Below, one piece after another: positions 48,240-60,600 of a stretch of DNA of 64,000 nucleotides. The notes beneath the pieces were generated by a model that worked only from the letters and a program-made list of their open reading frames with translations, had not been told where the DNA came from and did not search any database. The DNA is from Gonapodya sp. JEL0774 (lineage: Eukaryota). Positions within the stretch are counted from its first letter, which is position 1, and every line of letters begins with the position of its first letter. A program made the translations under genes and the position numbers. Where the stretch lies: positions 310,001 through 374,000 of the forward strand of contig JADIIX010000001.1 in the NCBI GenBank assembly GCA_027604505.1, given 5' to 3'.

Positions 48240-50393
48240 ATGCGGCTCGACTCGGTAGTACGATCCGCAGCTGCAGCAGCGTCCAGCGCTGCGCGAACAG
48301 CGGCAACTGCAGGTTCCGGACGATACTCGGCTCCCGCATCGGAACTTCACTTTCCAACAATCGAGTCTACCGTGGGAAACACACCGCTCGTCAGACTTCA
48401 GCGATTAATGCCTACGCCTGCTCTGCGCCCTGATGGGACCTTTGGTGACCCCTCTTCAAACATCGTGCTTGCGAAGCTCGAGGGAAACAATCCTGCTGGT
48501 TCTGTGAAGGATCGTCCTGCTCTCAGTATGATCACGGAGGCTGAAAAAAAGGGAATCATTAAGCCCGGTGACACGTTGATTGAGGCTACGAGCGGGAATA
48601 CGGGAATTGCGCTTGGTATGTTGCACCTCTCAAGGAATGTTGATTCGTCTCAGATCCGAGGGCGCGCTGATGTGTGCACCGATTTCGGATGGAATCTTCA
48701 ACCACTTGGTGGAATGTGCGCGCTCTCCTCCTCGTTACAAAGGGTACCCTGAAGCAGATGTGTTCTCAAACGGCTGACCTCTTCGTAATCTGCCCCTTCT
48801 TCAGCAATGGCTGCCGCTATAAAGGGTTATAAGCTCACCCTTATAATGCCCTCGAATCAATCAGCTGAACGGCGAGCCGCTATGGCTGCTTACGGAGCGA
48901 AGTTCATCGACGCTCCACCAGGCGCGATGGAAATCGCCCGTGACATGGCCGCCGACATGGCACGACGCGGTCTTGGCGTCGTACTCGACCAATTTGCGAA
49001 TCCGGACAACCCACTTGCCCATATTCGTACCACCGGGCCAGAGCTGTGGGAGCAGACGGGGGGACGGATAACACACTTTGTCTCAAGTATGGGGACGACG
49101 GGCACAGCAATGGGGACCGGACAGTATCTGCGGCAAATGAACCCGAATGTGCAAATTGTGGGCTTGCAGCCCACCGAGGGAAGTGCTATTGCGGGGATAC
49201 GGAGGTGGCAACCGGAGTACCTGGTAAGCAATCACTCTGAAGTGTGCATGACGATCCTTTGCATTCAGTATGACGTCTTGGCTTTGGAGAATCGAAGCGT
49301 TAGAAGCAGGGCTGGTGGGATCTCGATTTCATGCGCTGATCCCTGCTAAGACGCATTGGAGTTAAGGGTCTGCAGAGAAGTCCCTCTGTCATGCTGATAA
49401 TGCTGTGGCGAACCGCTGTGTGAGGAGTGAGGATTTGCAGGGACAGGGCTTTGTGTATCTTGTACATCCACTCAATCCCCGTTCCCCCCACCCACTGTTT
49501 ACGATTTTTCTATTCCCGACCACTTCCTTCCCAGCCAAAAATTTTTGATCGGTCTCGTCTCGATTATGTTCTCGACATTGACCAACGGGAAGCTGAGGAG
49601 ACCATGCGCGCAATGTCTCGTAGTGAAGGGATCTTTGCTGGAGTCTCGTCCGGAGGTTGTGTTTCAGCGGCGCTGAGAGTCTCGGCAATGGAACGGAATG
49701 CAGTCATTGTGTGTATTGTGTGTGACAGGGGTGATCGGTGGGTGTTGCTACTGCCACACTGAGGGCTTGGCTGCATCTCAATTCTTGTGTCAACATCACT
49801 TGTTCGACTTTCTCCAACTCCTGATTTTCCCATCCCCTCATCAAAGATATCTCTCCACCGGCCTCTTTGACCACTCAGCTAGCTCCTCGGACCCTCTCCC
49901 TATTCCCTACCAGCAGCTTCCCTCTGCCACCGCCCGGCTCATGGCATACCCAGCCCCTCACTATATCCTCTTTACTGCATCTCCTGACCCGACCCGTCCA
50001 GACGGGCTGGAGTGGTGCCCGGATGTGCGGCGTGCGGCACCAGCAGTGAGGAAATTGGTGGCTCAGAGGGGCGGTACATTGTTGGAGGTGATGGTTGGCC
50101 AGAAAGCCGAATGGAAGGACAGCAGACATCCGCTAAGACAGAGCGGGTGGGGTGTGGAGATCAATGGAGTACCCACTCTGGTTCGGTGGAGATCAAGTCG
50201 ACCAGGACAGGAGAGGTGGGGGAGGAGTATAGGTGAGCTATTGGCGCAACCATAGTACGTGTGATTACTGACAGTAAAACAAACCGAATGAATTGTTTCG
50301 AATTCAGGGAAACAACTCGAAGGGCTCGGCAGCGATGCAGAGGCGGAGCGACTGGTAGCAGCATTTATGGACGAAACTGCCATTGACGAATAG
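48240..50393 (+). CDS. cysM: Cysteine synthase B (CysM-type O-acetylserine/thiosulfate sulfhydrylase) fused to a C-terminal TXNDC17/DUF953 thioredoxin-like domain
   Basis: Exons 48240-48615, 48805-49223, 49535-49737, 49847-50232, 50308-50393. CysM motifs: KLEGNNPAGSVKDR (PLP Lys), TSGNTG, THFVSSMGTTGT, GIRRW, CDRGDRYLSTGLF. These continue in frame into YILFTAS...WCPDVRRAAP...VGQKAEWKD..HPLR...GVPTLVRW. Confidence 0.9.
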
Positions 50394-50532
50394 TGGTTCG
50401 TACCGGCAAGTGGCGTGGGGTGGGAGTCCGGTAGGGGAGTCGACATTTTGTATTGAAAAAGTAATGTATAGACCATGTATTAGATCTGGACTCCGTAATC
50501 CGTGATTCAAGTTCATGCGTGATCACTGGCTA

Positions 50533-53308
50533 TTATAATGCAGATTCGTACACAATTCCAAAGCTCGTGACCCAGCCATGCTCCCCTTTCGTACCCCAAA
50601 TTCCAACAACAGTGCACCCTTCAGGTGGTGCCACCTCCACTTCACCACCACCTAGACCCCCAGCCCATGGAGACTCCGTCCCCGAATCGGTCACACATGT
50701 AATACCATCCAGCCACGCACCCGCTCTACCTCTGAACCTCGCGACACGATCCCCGGGTGCGAGGCGGATCACCTTCGGGTGCGAATGAACAGGGCTTGCC
50801 AACCGATGGACCGTCACTTGCGGTGAACCCGCTCCTTCAACCCATTCCTCGACGACCACTTCAAATCCATCCACAAAAGCGCCACCATGAACTCGCACTT
50901 CACTTACTGCACGGTTCACGATTACATTGTCAGCTCGCCTTTCCTTGCCCCATGTCACCGAAAATTCTTCACCCCCTCCGTTGCCAACGGGGGACGAACG
51001 GAACCTAGCAGGCAATTCCGGTGACGCGAAACGAACCACTGCGCGATTATGGGAGGCCGCTATATCACGGATCAGCACGCTCCCACCGCCGACACCAACC
51101 AGTTCTAGGGTGAGATCGGGGCGCGTGCCTATGCCGCTTTCCCACAGCGGAGACCTGGATCGGAGCACATCACGGATATCAAGCACAGCGCTCGTCGGTG
51201 CAAGAGGCGTGAACGGGAACTCGATGTGGTGAACGTAGGCTTCGGTCGCCGCCTCTGTGAATGTGGCGAGGAGGAGACCAGAAGGGCAGGATGCAAGGAA
51301 GGTGTAGGGGCCGGAAAGCGGGTAAAGCGTAGGAGCTTGCGCTTTGACAAAGGGAGGAGGCCGGACGGGGTCAGTCGGAAGGGCGAAGCACTGTGCAGAG
51401 GAGGAGGCGATTTAGAAGGGTCGTGCGCAGGAGGTGGTCCCCAAAGCGCATGAGCCTTAACCACCTCGCTACCCCTAAATCGTACAAGGTCAACTCTCGC
51501 CCACTTCATACCGCGTTCTCTTGCAGCCGTGATCGGCCAAGTCTCCTCGGGCACCGATCTGGCGAAAGGTGCAAAGGCCCTGGCCAGATCATTGTAGCCT
51601 CGAGCCATGATTCCTTTTCATTAAGGCATTACGAACTAAGATCAATGCTTCGACGCAAGCTTCTTGAGCACCCTCTACTCACCTTCTCCGCTGTGACCGA
51701 GACCCAGTGCGTGCCCCGCTTCGTGTAGAGTAGCGCCTGAACCTACGCCCCACGCTCTCCATCTTTCCTTGCACTCTCCGTTATCGTCTGCAGTACCACC
51801 CAGTTCCCTCGCATCCCATGCGCACTCTGCAACCTCTGAAATGACAGCAGGGTACGAATGCAAAAGGTGAGATCCAAATACGCCCAGGCGCACCTGCCCC
51901 GTTCCGCCACCAAGAGCGGTATGACCGAGAATGGTAGTTGGTGGCGAGTGCAGAGAGTCAATGAGGAGGGTGGAGTGGTATGTTGTGGGGAAGTTGACGG
52001 CCGGCGCGTTGGGTTTGCCAGCAGACGGCAATGGTTTAGAGATAGTGTCAGGGACATGCGAGATCCCAGTGCGATTCGGTGCGATGGTCGATGTCGCGGG
52101 GTGCGCGCTGAGAGCCTCCGTTAATGTAGCAGTCCAATTAGGTGCTGTCGCTGTTGGGGTTGTGGATGGTGCGACGTGTAATCCTGCTGCTTCGAGTGCT
52201 TGCATGGCAACGTCAAAAAGGCTATCAGGAAAGCCTGCACCTGTGGCGTCGAGTGCACCAGAGGCGCGTTGTTGGGCGAGGTTCGGTGTACGGATGGTGG
52301 AGAGAGGGTAGCGTGAGCGGAGGAGACGGACTGGGGGGTTGAAAGGGCCTTATGCAAATTTAAAGAGGGGCTTGTGAGCAAAGAAAAAGCAGAATCACCA
52401 AACTCAGAAGATGCAATAACATTGTCGACCATGGCCTTTCTGGTTCATCAACATGCCTGAGCACCAAGCAGGTTGGTGAATCAGCCGTCGATACACTATT
52501 AAGAGTGTCCATCACGTGAGCAACTTTGGTAAATGATTTGAGGCTCGAATCGACGAGTGGTCACTACGGTGCCTGACACTGATCATCCTCCACACAACCC
52601 TCACTGTCAAGGATGACCGCGCCCACCCACCTCATTTGCACAACTCACCGTCTGCAGTATCTTCCTCAAGCCTAAAAGTTCTTCTTCCAAATCCCGCTCT
52701 GTACATGGCCTCTGCAGTGAATGCTTGCCAAAGGTAGGCGCCCTGTGTTTAAAATGTAAAGTGGGAAAAGTCCAAAAATGAAAGCCCAAGCTTGCTGAGC
52801 ACCTTTAAATACGTACCATCCGGTGCCTCTTCTGGGCCTCTATGATGCCATTTCTACCCGCTCGTTCACCAGGCTCTGCCCACTGGGGTATATCGAACAC
52901 AAGCTTCGAATCTGATGCTGCGACGATGGAGAGTTGAAGCGGGGGATTGGCTCGAGGTACTTCCATGTGAATTGAAAGTGATGCGATCGCCGATTTCTGA
53001 CCGGATCCGTGAGGCGGGTCATATCTGACCAGGATCTCGTTGACACCCTCTGCAAGCCAAATGAGAGCTTTGAAGAGACCACCAACGATGGGGAAGGACC
53101 CGACGAAATCAGGAAGCCCATCCGGGAGAGAACGATTTACACACGTAGCGAAATGCACGGTGGGTAGAGGAAGTGGATTTGGGCTCCTCAAGACCGGAGC
53201 GCTACTGCCACTGTCGGCAATCCATGGACGGACGGTGGCATGGACAAGAAGGAGCCGCTGATAAACACGTTCGCCATCGACAATATTTTCGAATTGGATT
53301 GTCCCCAT
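50533..53308 (-). CDS. Putative zinc metallopeptidase (YIL108W/Metallopep-like) with a C-terminal jacalin-like lectin domain
   Basis: IVDGERVYQRLLLVH, FKALIWLAEGVNEI, ILGHTALGGG, LGVFGSHLLHSYP, Zn motif LHEAGHALGLGH, IMARGYNDLARAF, and jacalin-like RAGAWLDGI...SPWAGGLGGG...VVGIWG. Confidence 0.85.
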
Positions 53309-53613
53309 TTTGAGAGAGTGTCAACCCAAATCTGGTTCCACCCAGACTCGGCAACATGTAATATATGTACAAGACGTGACTGACCAAAAGTCGCAACTCT
53401 ATAAATGTTTTTGATTGCACGATAAAATTCTCGTAGTACCTTTGGAGCATCATCGATGTTGAAGAGTAATGGCAACAGCCGCACTCATGATCTGACCCAC
53501 AGGTTGTTGCCCGTTTATGTTCAGTTCAACAAAGTTGTTCTCAACAACCTCAAATATTTCCGCATAGTCGAGGGAGAGTTTGGTGCTGCTATTTCACGTT
53601 CGCTTCAAGGAAA

Positions 53614-56600
53614 GTGAAAGGCTCCTGGGAGGAGCGGGAAGTTTGTTTTCTGATGCAGCACAGTTCGACCACCACACTCGAAGGAGAACGCAACAAAAGT
53701 ACGGTACCCTCTGCTTCGTTATCATCAAAGCGCAATGAATCTCCCGACCGTAATCGAGGCGGCGCGGGAACGCAAGAAACTGCTGGGCGGGGGACAGTTC
53801 CTCCAGAGAACACAAGAAATGGAAGGAATTCTGAGCAATTCCAACGAAAAGATGCGAAGGCATTGTCGAAGTCGCTGGATGGAGTGTCTGTCGACGGGTC
53901 GAGCCACTCAGCGTCGTCTGCTGCTAAGCGGAAACTGCTTACAACTGTCTCCTCGCGCTTTCTATCGTCATCTCGAGAGGGGCTTGCTCTCTCAGCCGAA
54001 CCCGAGGAATCGCATTCGTCCTGTCAACCCCCATCGTCTGTGTCCCTAAGGGAAGGGAAAACGGGCCGACTCCCCTGCTCTGGGTCCTCCGCGGTGTCTT
54101 CGAGCCCCCTCAAAATCACATCACCTGTGGCTCCCTCAAAGCGCTCTCTCATTCCCCTCGCATCTTCCCGCTTCTCGCCAAGCCGGGTATCTCTGCCGAT
54201 GATACTTCCTCCAGATACCCGGTCACTGTATCTGCCACAGTCCTCATTCCCATCTCACTACGAGCCATTATCCATTCCTGAGCTCGCTCTGGCTCGCCCG
54301 GCCTTCCGACATTGGTGCCGCTTCACGGTCACAGCCCGTGTCTTCCGCTCAGCAACTGTCCTCCATTCTCAACACCAGCTTCATAGAGCCTTGAACCACT
54401 GGCGACTCCGTACAGCATTGTCCCGTATCGCATGGCGCAACGGTGTCCGTGCGGAGCTACACAGGTCCGCCAAAGACGCCGGACGTTGCTGGAACGCGTG
54501 GAGGGCACATGTTGCGGCAAGGAGGGATCGCAGACTGGAAATTGAGTGTGCGGAGCGTGCGGGTGATTACGGCCCCTACAATCTTGAGGTAACTTGTGTG
54601 GTTGACATTGCCGTTATGCCCGCAAGCGTGCCTGCTTCCCCTCCGCCGAGCCCTTCTCACATGGCACAAGCGCCTTCACTTTCGACACCAAATCTTGCAG
54701 TTGCAATGCACCGCCTCGCTCCATGATTGTACCACTATCCTCCGTCTCATGTTCGCTAGTTGGAGGTTCCAGTTGTCGCGTCTACAGGCGGAGACAGCAG
54801 CAGATCTCGCTGCAGAGCAAAACACTGCGCATTGGATAAAGGAACGAGCCTGGGCGAAATGGAAAGGTCGCGCGTGTGTCAGAGCCCAGGAGCGCCAAGT
54901 GGAAGAGGTCGCCGATGGACATGCAAAGAGGACACTTCAAGCGAAATGCTGGTCTGGTTGGAAGGAATATGTATCTGTACGCAGTTACAAGGAAGAAACA
55001 TACGGTGGGTGGGAGCTGTCATTTGTTGTTGACCCTCGAATCATATGGAGGTTAACTGTCGGTGCAATAGCCTTTGCAATACACCACGATATCCAATCTC
55101 TCCTTCATCGCCTCGTTCGTGATTGGCGTCACCTCACTTTCCGTGCATTGGCGGTGAGGGACGCGGCGCGGTTTGCAGAGTGGTTCGACCGGAAGCACTG
55201 TTTTCGAGAGATGTGGCAGAAGTGGAAACGTCGATTGCAAATAAAAAGAGACAGTATCAAAAAAGAGAAGCGGGCAGATGAGTTTTTGGATGGGACGTGG
55301 AAGGTGGGCATTGGAGTTTCAATAGCACTGGGATCACCATTGAACAGTGAGAAAACGAAAAACACTACAATTCACAGCGAAGAACCTTTTCAATGTGGAG
55401 GGCTAAGATGGATCGTTTTTGGATGGCGGGACGCGCCCACGACCTCAAAGTAAGTCAAGCTCCACTTTCTCCTAGGTGACCTACCTCTAGCTCTTCAACA
55501 AATTCAGGTCGCTTCGGTCCTCTTCTCGCGTTGGCTATGGCGCCTCCGAGCACTTGTCGCGGAGAAGGAGCGGGTTGAAATGGGACCTGGGGTGGAAATT
55601 TGGCGAAAGAGGGAGCTGTGTAAGGCGGTGAATCTGTGGAGAGATTATGTCAAATCGAGGAAAGCGAAAGAGGTACGGTTTGTTTCAACGTCGATTTATA
55701 TTTCACACCTCAGCGCCACTGCGCGTCCAGTTTCGTGTCAACTTCGCGGATAACCAGCGTAGATGCTCTGTCCTGATGATCACTTTTCGCCGCTGGATTC
55801 ACCTCGCCCATCTCCGTCTTCGCAGACGTCTCTTGCGCAACCTGAGCCAGACGTACCTCACAGCACGGTTGTTGCGGCAATCATTGGCGGTATGGGTGAG
55901 AGCGCGTGCATGGAAAATAAGGGAAAGAATTCTGGAAGCCCGTGCTGAGTCAACCTGGGAAGACACGGTGAAGAGGAGGGGAATATCGGGCTTGATTTGG
56001 AATGTGGCTGTACGGAAAGCCGACAGAGAGATAGAGGGTGTTGCACTGGCACAAAATGAACGCCGGATTGTGCGAAAAGCCTGGCAGTCGTTTTTGTGGC
56101 ATGTAGAGCGCAGGAGGGAGAAGGAGGAGGACCGCAGTATGGCGTCCATGTGGCGTTACGTGAAGACTCTCGGAAGGGCTTGGCAAATATGGGAGCACAA
56201 AGTGAATGTGATGAAAGTGGAAAGGAAGAAGTTGGAGGTTGCGGAGGAGTTTTGGACGGTGCGAGAAGCGCGGAAGGTGATCGCAGCTTGGAAGGTTGGC
56301 ACCTTCGATACGGTTTAATCCATGGATGGATTCATTTAACCCTAGTTGTCCCTTCGTTCAGGGATTTGCTCGTTCTCGATCCCTTGCCCGTTTATCTTTC
56401 ACAAGCTTGTCTTTGTCGCGCACACTCTGCCTGCGCAAATTTTGCTTTGGTGTTTGGCGCCGAGCTGCGCTTGAGCGCGTGCTGGTGAAGAGGACTGTAG
56501 AAATGGAAGTCAAGCGAAGAGAGGTAGAGAGGATGGTCGCTGCTTTTGTCAGCTGGATGAGTTGGGCGCGATCGAAAAAGGAGGCTCGGAAAGGAGAGGA

Positions 56601-57550
56601 TGATCGCGTGGAGACCCTACGAAACGAGTTGAGGAACAGTAAGTCAAATCAATAAGCGACTTGATGTGCTACTCTTTCAGTTGATTTCACACCCCTAAAA
56701 CGGACCTTCAGCCAAATTACGTCGTCACTTCGATTCCTTGCTCCGTCTCCACCAACTGAAACTTCTATCTGACCGCCGTACCAATCTTGCGCATTCATTT
56801 CGATATAATTCTCTGTGTGCGCGTGCGATTGCAGTATGGCGCCGTGTTGCCAGCCACCGACTGTGGACCACTTCCAACGAGAGGATGGCAGAGAACCTTC
56901 GCATCGCAACCCTTGTGTGCAGGACATTCGCAAAATGGCGTGCTCGACGAGAAAGCTGGCAGGCTGTCAGTTTTCAGTCCACTGTGCTACCTCTGGTCCA
57001 CTGGTCAAGGTCGGTCACACGTCGCGCTTTCGATGGTTGGAATGAGTACGTCCAAAGAAAGGTGGCCACGAGGAGCAGGTGTGTCGCAATGCTGGAATGG
57101 AGGAAAGAAAGGATCGTTCGGCGAGGGGTTGTGAAGTGGCTGGAGGAAGCAGACAGATTGAGAACGGAAAGGGACCAGCTCGTACTACGATGTTCCTCGG
57201 AGTGGAATTTAGACCACGTACGGCTCGCAAGAAAGTATGCGTTGTACTGGAAGGCCATTGCTCTTGGGCGTCCGCTCCATAGCACTGGCTTTGCAAAATT
57301 GGACAGCTCACATTTCGGGACACCGGGCCGAACAGCAGATCCAAGTCTGCCGCATCCAAGACGGCCAGAGATTGATGTGAAGACTCTTGCACTGGTGGTT
57401 TCTCGTGAAAGTCACGGTACATCTGCGAAAAGTGCTCTAGGATCGGGCGGGGGATCAAGTAGCTACTCCTCATCTCAAGCAAACGATGTTGCAACACCAA
57501 AAGCTACAAAAGCTACACTTCCGATCCCGCGGAGACTAATTGATTTCTAA
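53614..57550 (+). CDS. SFI1: Sfi1-like centrin-binding repeat protein (spindle pole body/centriole), multi-exon; start uncertain
   Basis: Many repeats of the A-x7-L-L-x3-[FLW]-x2-W-[KR] type: LARPAFRHW, LHRALNHWR, ILRLMFASWR, KERAWAKWK, LQAKCWSGWK, LLRQSLAVW, LGRAWQIW, ARKVIAAWK, VTRRAFDGW. Confidence 0.75.
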
Positions 57551-57629
57551 AATGATAATCTAATCCATTTATCCCGTTTCACGGTATTTATTATGTTGTG
57601 TTCAAAATTCACGGCATGCTCCCATCATA

Positions 57630-60600
57630 TCAAAAACGGTCCCATCCACCCATATCCCAAATCTGAAGAAATTGAGTGAAACTGTTAGGCCAAACCGCAG
57701 CAAAACATGCCAAAGACGGAAACGTGCCTGCTCAATTTTTCGTGCCACAAAACTCGGCAATCCGTGCGTGAGGTACAGTTTCCGAAGATCTGCAAGGCGC
57801 TTCTGACTGAGGAAAAGAGGTCGACCACGCCTTCATTGTCAAACATTTTGCGAGGGAAGCATCAATCCCCAACATGTCCAGAAACCAACATGAAAGAGCT
57901 TACTTGAGACCAAAATCGGACTCTCCGTGGGAATCCAGGTATGGCAGTGGATAGTAGCTACCCTTGGTACCATTCAAGAGAAGGCATGCACCCTTCTTTA
58001 TTAGCAAGTAAGCCCCCACGTTGAATCCGCACCTATGATTCGAAGGTCAATGTTCTGTACATTGTGAGTGTGACGAAATATAACACTCACAATTTCATGT
58101 GCATTGAACACTCCCCACAGCGCTCAGTCATGCAACACATACTAGATGCACACACCATCATTCCGCACAACAAACACAAAGCAGGGTTGGCTGGGGATGT
58201 CTTGCAAGAGAGGCAGCGCCTGCTCATGCTCTCCTGAACGAGTTCATCCAAACGTGAAGGCAGTGGAGTGAGCTGGAGTGCCAATGGGTCGAGGACAGGA
58301 ACACGGAATGCCGGCTCGCGAACTTGACAAGCGAAATACGGTGACACAAGTACAGAGGCAACGATCCCCGATGGCAAGTTTCGAGCTTTTTGAGAAGAGA
58401 ACTCATTAAGCTCACTGATCCATCCGGTGATGAGAGGCGAGAGAAACGGGTCGGTAACATAAACCGAAGGTGTGATGATGTCGGAAAGTACGGACAGCTT
58501 GAGGTAGCCTCTAAGGCGTTCATACTCTGATTTGCCTTGCGTGGATCCTGATGGAGGCGTCATATCAAATCGAGAATGTAACAGCAATGCAGCCGATCTC
58601 ATATAAGGAAGCAACAACGTGGGAATCATTCTGTTCAGGATTTCGGGATCCAGTTTCCCCATAACGTCAGTGACTTCTGACGATGAGGCGCCAAGCTTCT
58701 CCAAAATCCAATTCATGAATTGCACAATGACAGGGAATTCGGTCATTGCTCGAAGCACACTTTCGTTGGACTCGCCATCCTTCGAAGCCCCACCTACAAA
58801 ACCTGATGACCTGATCAACATTTGAAGATCACTGTTGTTCCTGAACGTTGCTTCCCCGCGTTTCAAAGAGTCCGCAACGAAGAGAAAGATTCGAACAATT
58901 TCAAAGAGATAGAAGATGCGAAGCCAGTTCCAAACATTCCCCATATCTGAAGGCGCCAACGTTGGTGCAACAGTCATGACCATTCTCGTAAGGTGGCAGA
59001 AAGAGTTGCCGAGAAGCAACGGGATCGATTTGATCGCACTGAGAGACTTAGAATGCGCATCGCCCTCAAAGAATGTCCCCGGAATCTGTTCAACTTCTGG
59101 CGATGCACCAATTGCCTGTGGGTCAGTGGACTGAGGGTTTTGCAATAGATTTTCGTGAACTTTGCTAGATCTCCTGTCAAAGCCGTGGAACAATTGGTTG
59201 AGAAATTCTTGCGAGGAACGCCTCGTTTCACTCTCCGCTTCAGGTACTTGCAACGCCATACTTGAATGAGTGAATACTGTCTGGGAAAGCACTCTCAAAA
59301 AGGCAAGGTTCGGGAGGGATTCCAGAAATACGAATGGTGGTGATGCCTCAACTGGCCCCGAGTCCCCTTTTCTGGCGGCCACTTCCGTACCCTGGATCGT
59401 ATACGAAAACGCCTCCCATAGCAACTGGAGCTCCAAAAAGCTTTCGTTCTGAGTGGACGTAGGGACCGCGTCCCTTTTGAGTGACTTAAGGACTCCCACC
59501 ACCCTCGAGTCATAAATCTTCCGCACTCGCTCATAATTGTCATGAGCTTGAGGTCCACCAGCTTCTGAGTGAATTGAATTTCGACGCCACATCGCCGGCA
59601 TCATATTCCCCAGCGCTTGACGGAAGCTCGCGACTATTGAAGACCTTCGCCCAACCAAGACAGTGGGAGACCTTTCATCCGAATCGTCCAAAGCATTTAA
59701 TGATCCTGTTGCCGAGAGGAAAGGCGATACCAGAGGAGATATTTCCGCTGCCTGTGACGAAGTCGGTGCCGCATCTGAGGTTGTATTCACCTTGTCCTGG
59801 TTGCGCACGATATTGGAAACCCAAGCAGACAACACCGACACGGCTTTTGCTGATTCTGTCAATTCGTCTGATACTACGTGGTCCGCTACGCCAATTTTCT
59901 CGATCTTCGAAGTCCAGAGAATCGGAACAAGCATGTTACCCAGGCTTTTGCACAGGGGACAAAGGTATTCGTTTTTCTCGAGAATTTCCGGTTGGAATCT
60001 TGGGGTTGGAAGCTCCGATTCTCTTCGATGCCGAGCCGCGACACTCGCCACATATGAGTCAAAACAGCGAAAATGCATCAAATGTCCGCACGTCGAGACA
60101 TGTATGCCATGCGTTGGTACTCCCTTTGTATGAGGAAGTGGCTCAGGAGCATACTTTCGCTGACATTGCGCGGGATCTGGAACATCTAAAGAATCCGGAT
60201 TAGTAACCACAGCCGCCAAAGTGTCCCAGTCCGAGAGATTTGCAGAGCGAACAATTGCAGAAATCTGCGCGAGTCCGAGCATGCCATAAAGATCTCCTTC
60301 GTCGTTCGCGGGTTCCTCAAAAAATAATCACGAGGTCTCAATGAGAACAAAATAGCAAGCTCACAGACGGATTGGGAACAGTCACCTGACAGACAATGCA
60401 GTCCCCCTTTGGGAACTCCCACACCTTTGTTTGTTCGTCTGTTTGTTCGTGCTCGATTCCATCTGTTTGCATATCATCGCGATTCTCATCTTCCTCGGAG
60501 GGATCTCCAACGCGAGCCAAATCGTGCGCATGCTTCTGAATAAAGTTATTCTGTTGCTGCTTGAGTTGGGCCATGATAGCAGCTTGACGAGCCTTTGATG

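Noticed and set aside
50013..50027. Selenocysteine in the thioredoxin active site
   Set aside because: The codons are TGG TGC CCG GAT GTG, with no in-frame TGA. I saw no in-frame TGA at a Cys position in any reconstructed gene.
44563..50393. FAHD1-crotonase-cysM run as a laterally transferred bacterial operon
   Set aside because: All three have introns and separate intergenic regions, their functions are unrelated, and FAHD1 is a normal eukaryotic gene.
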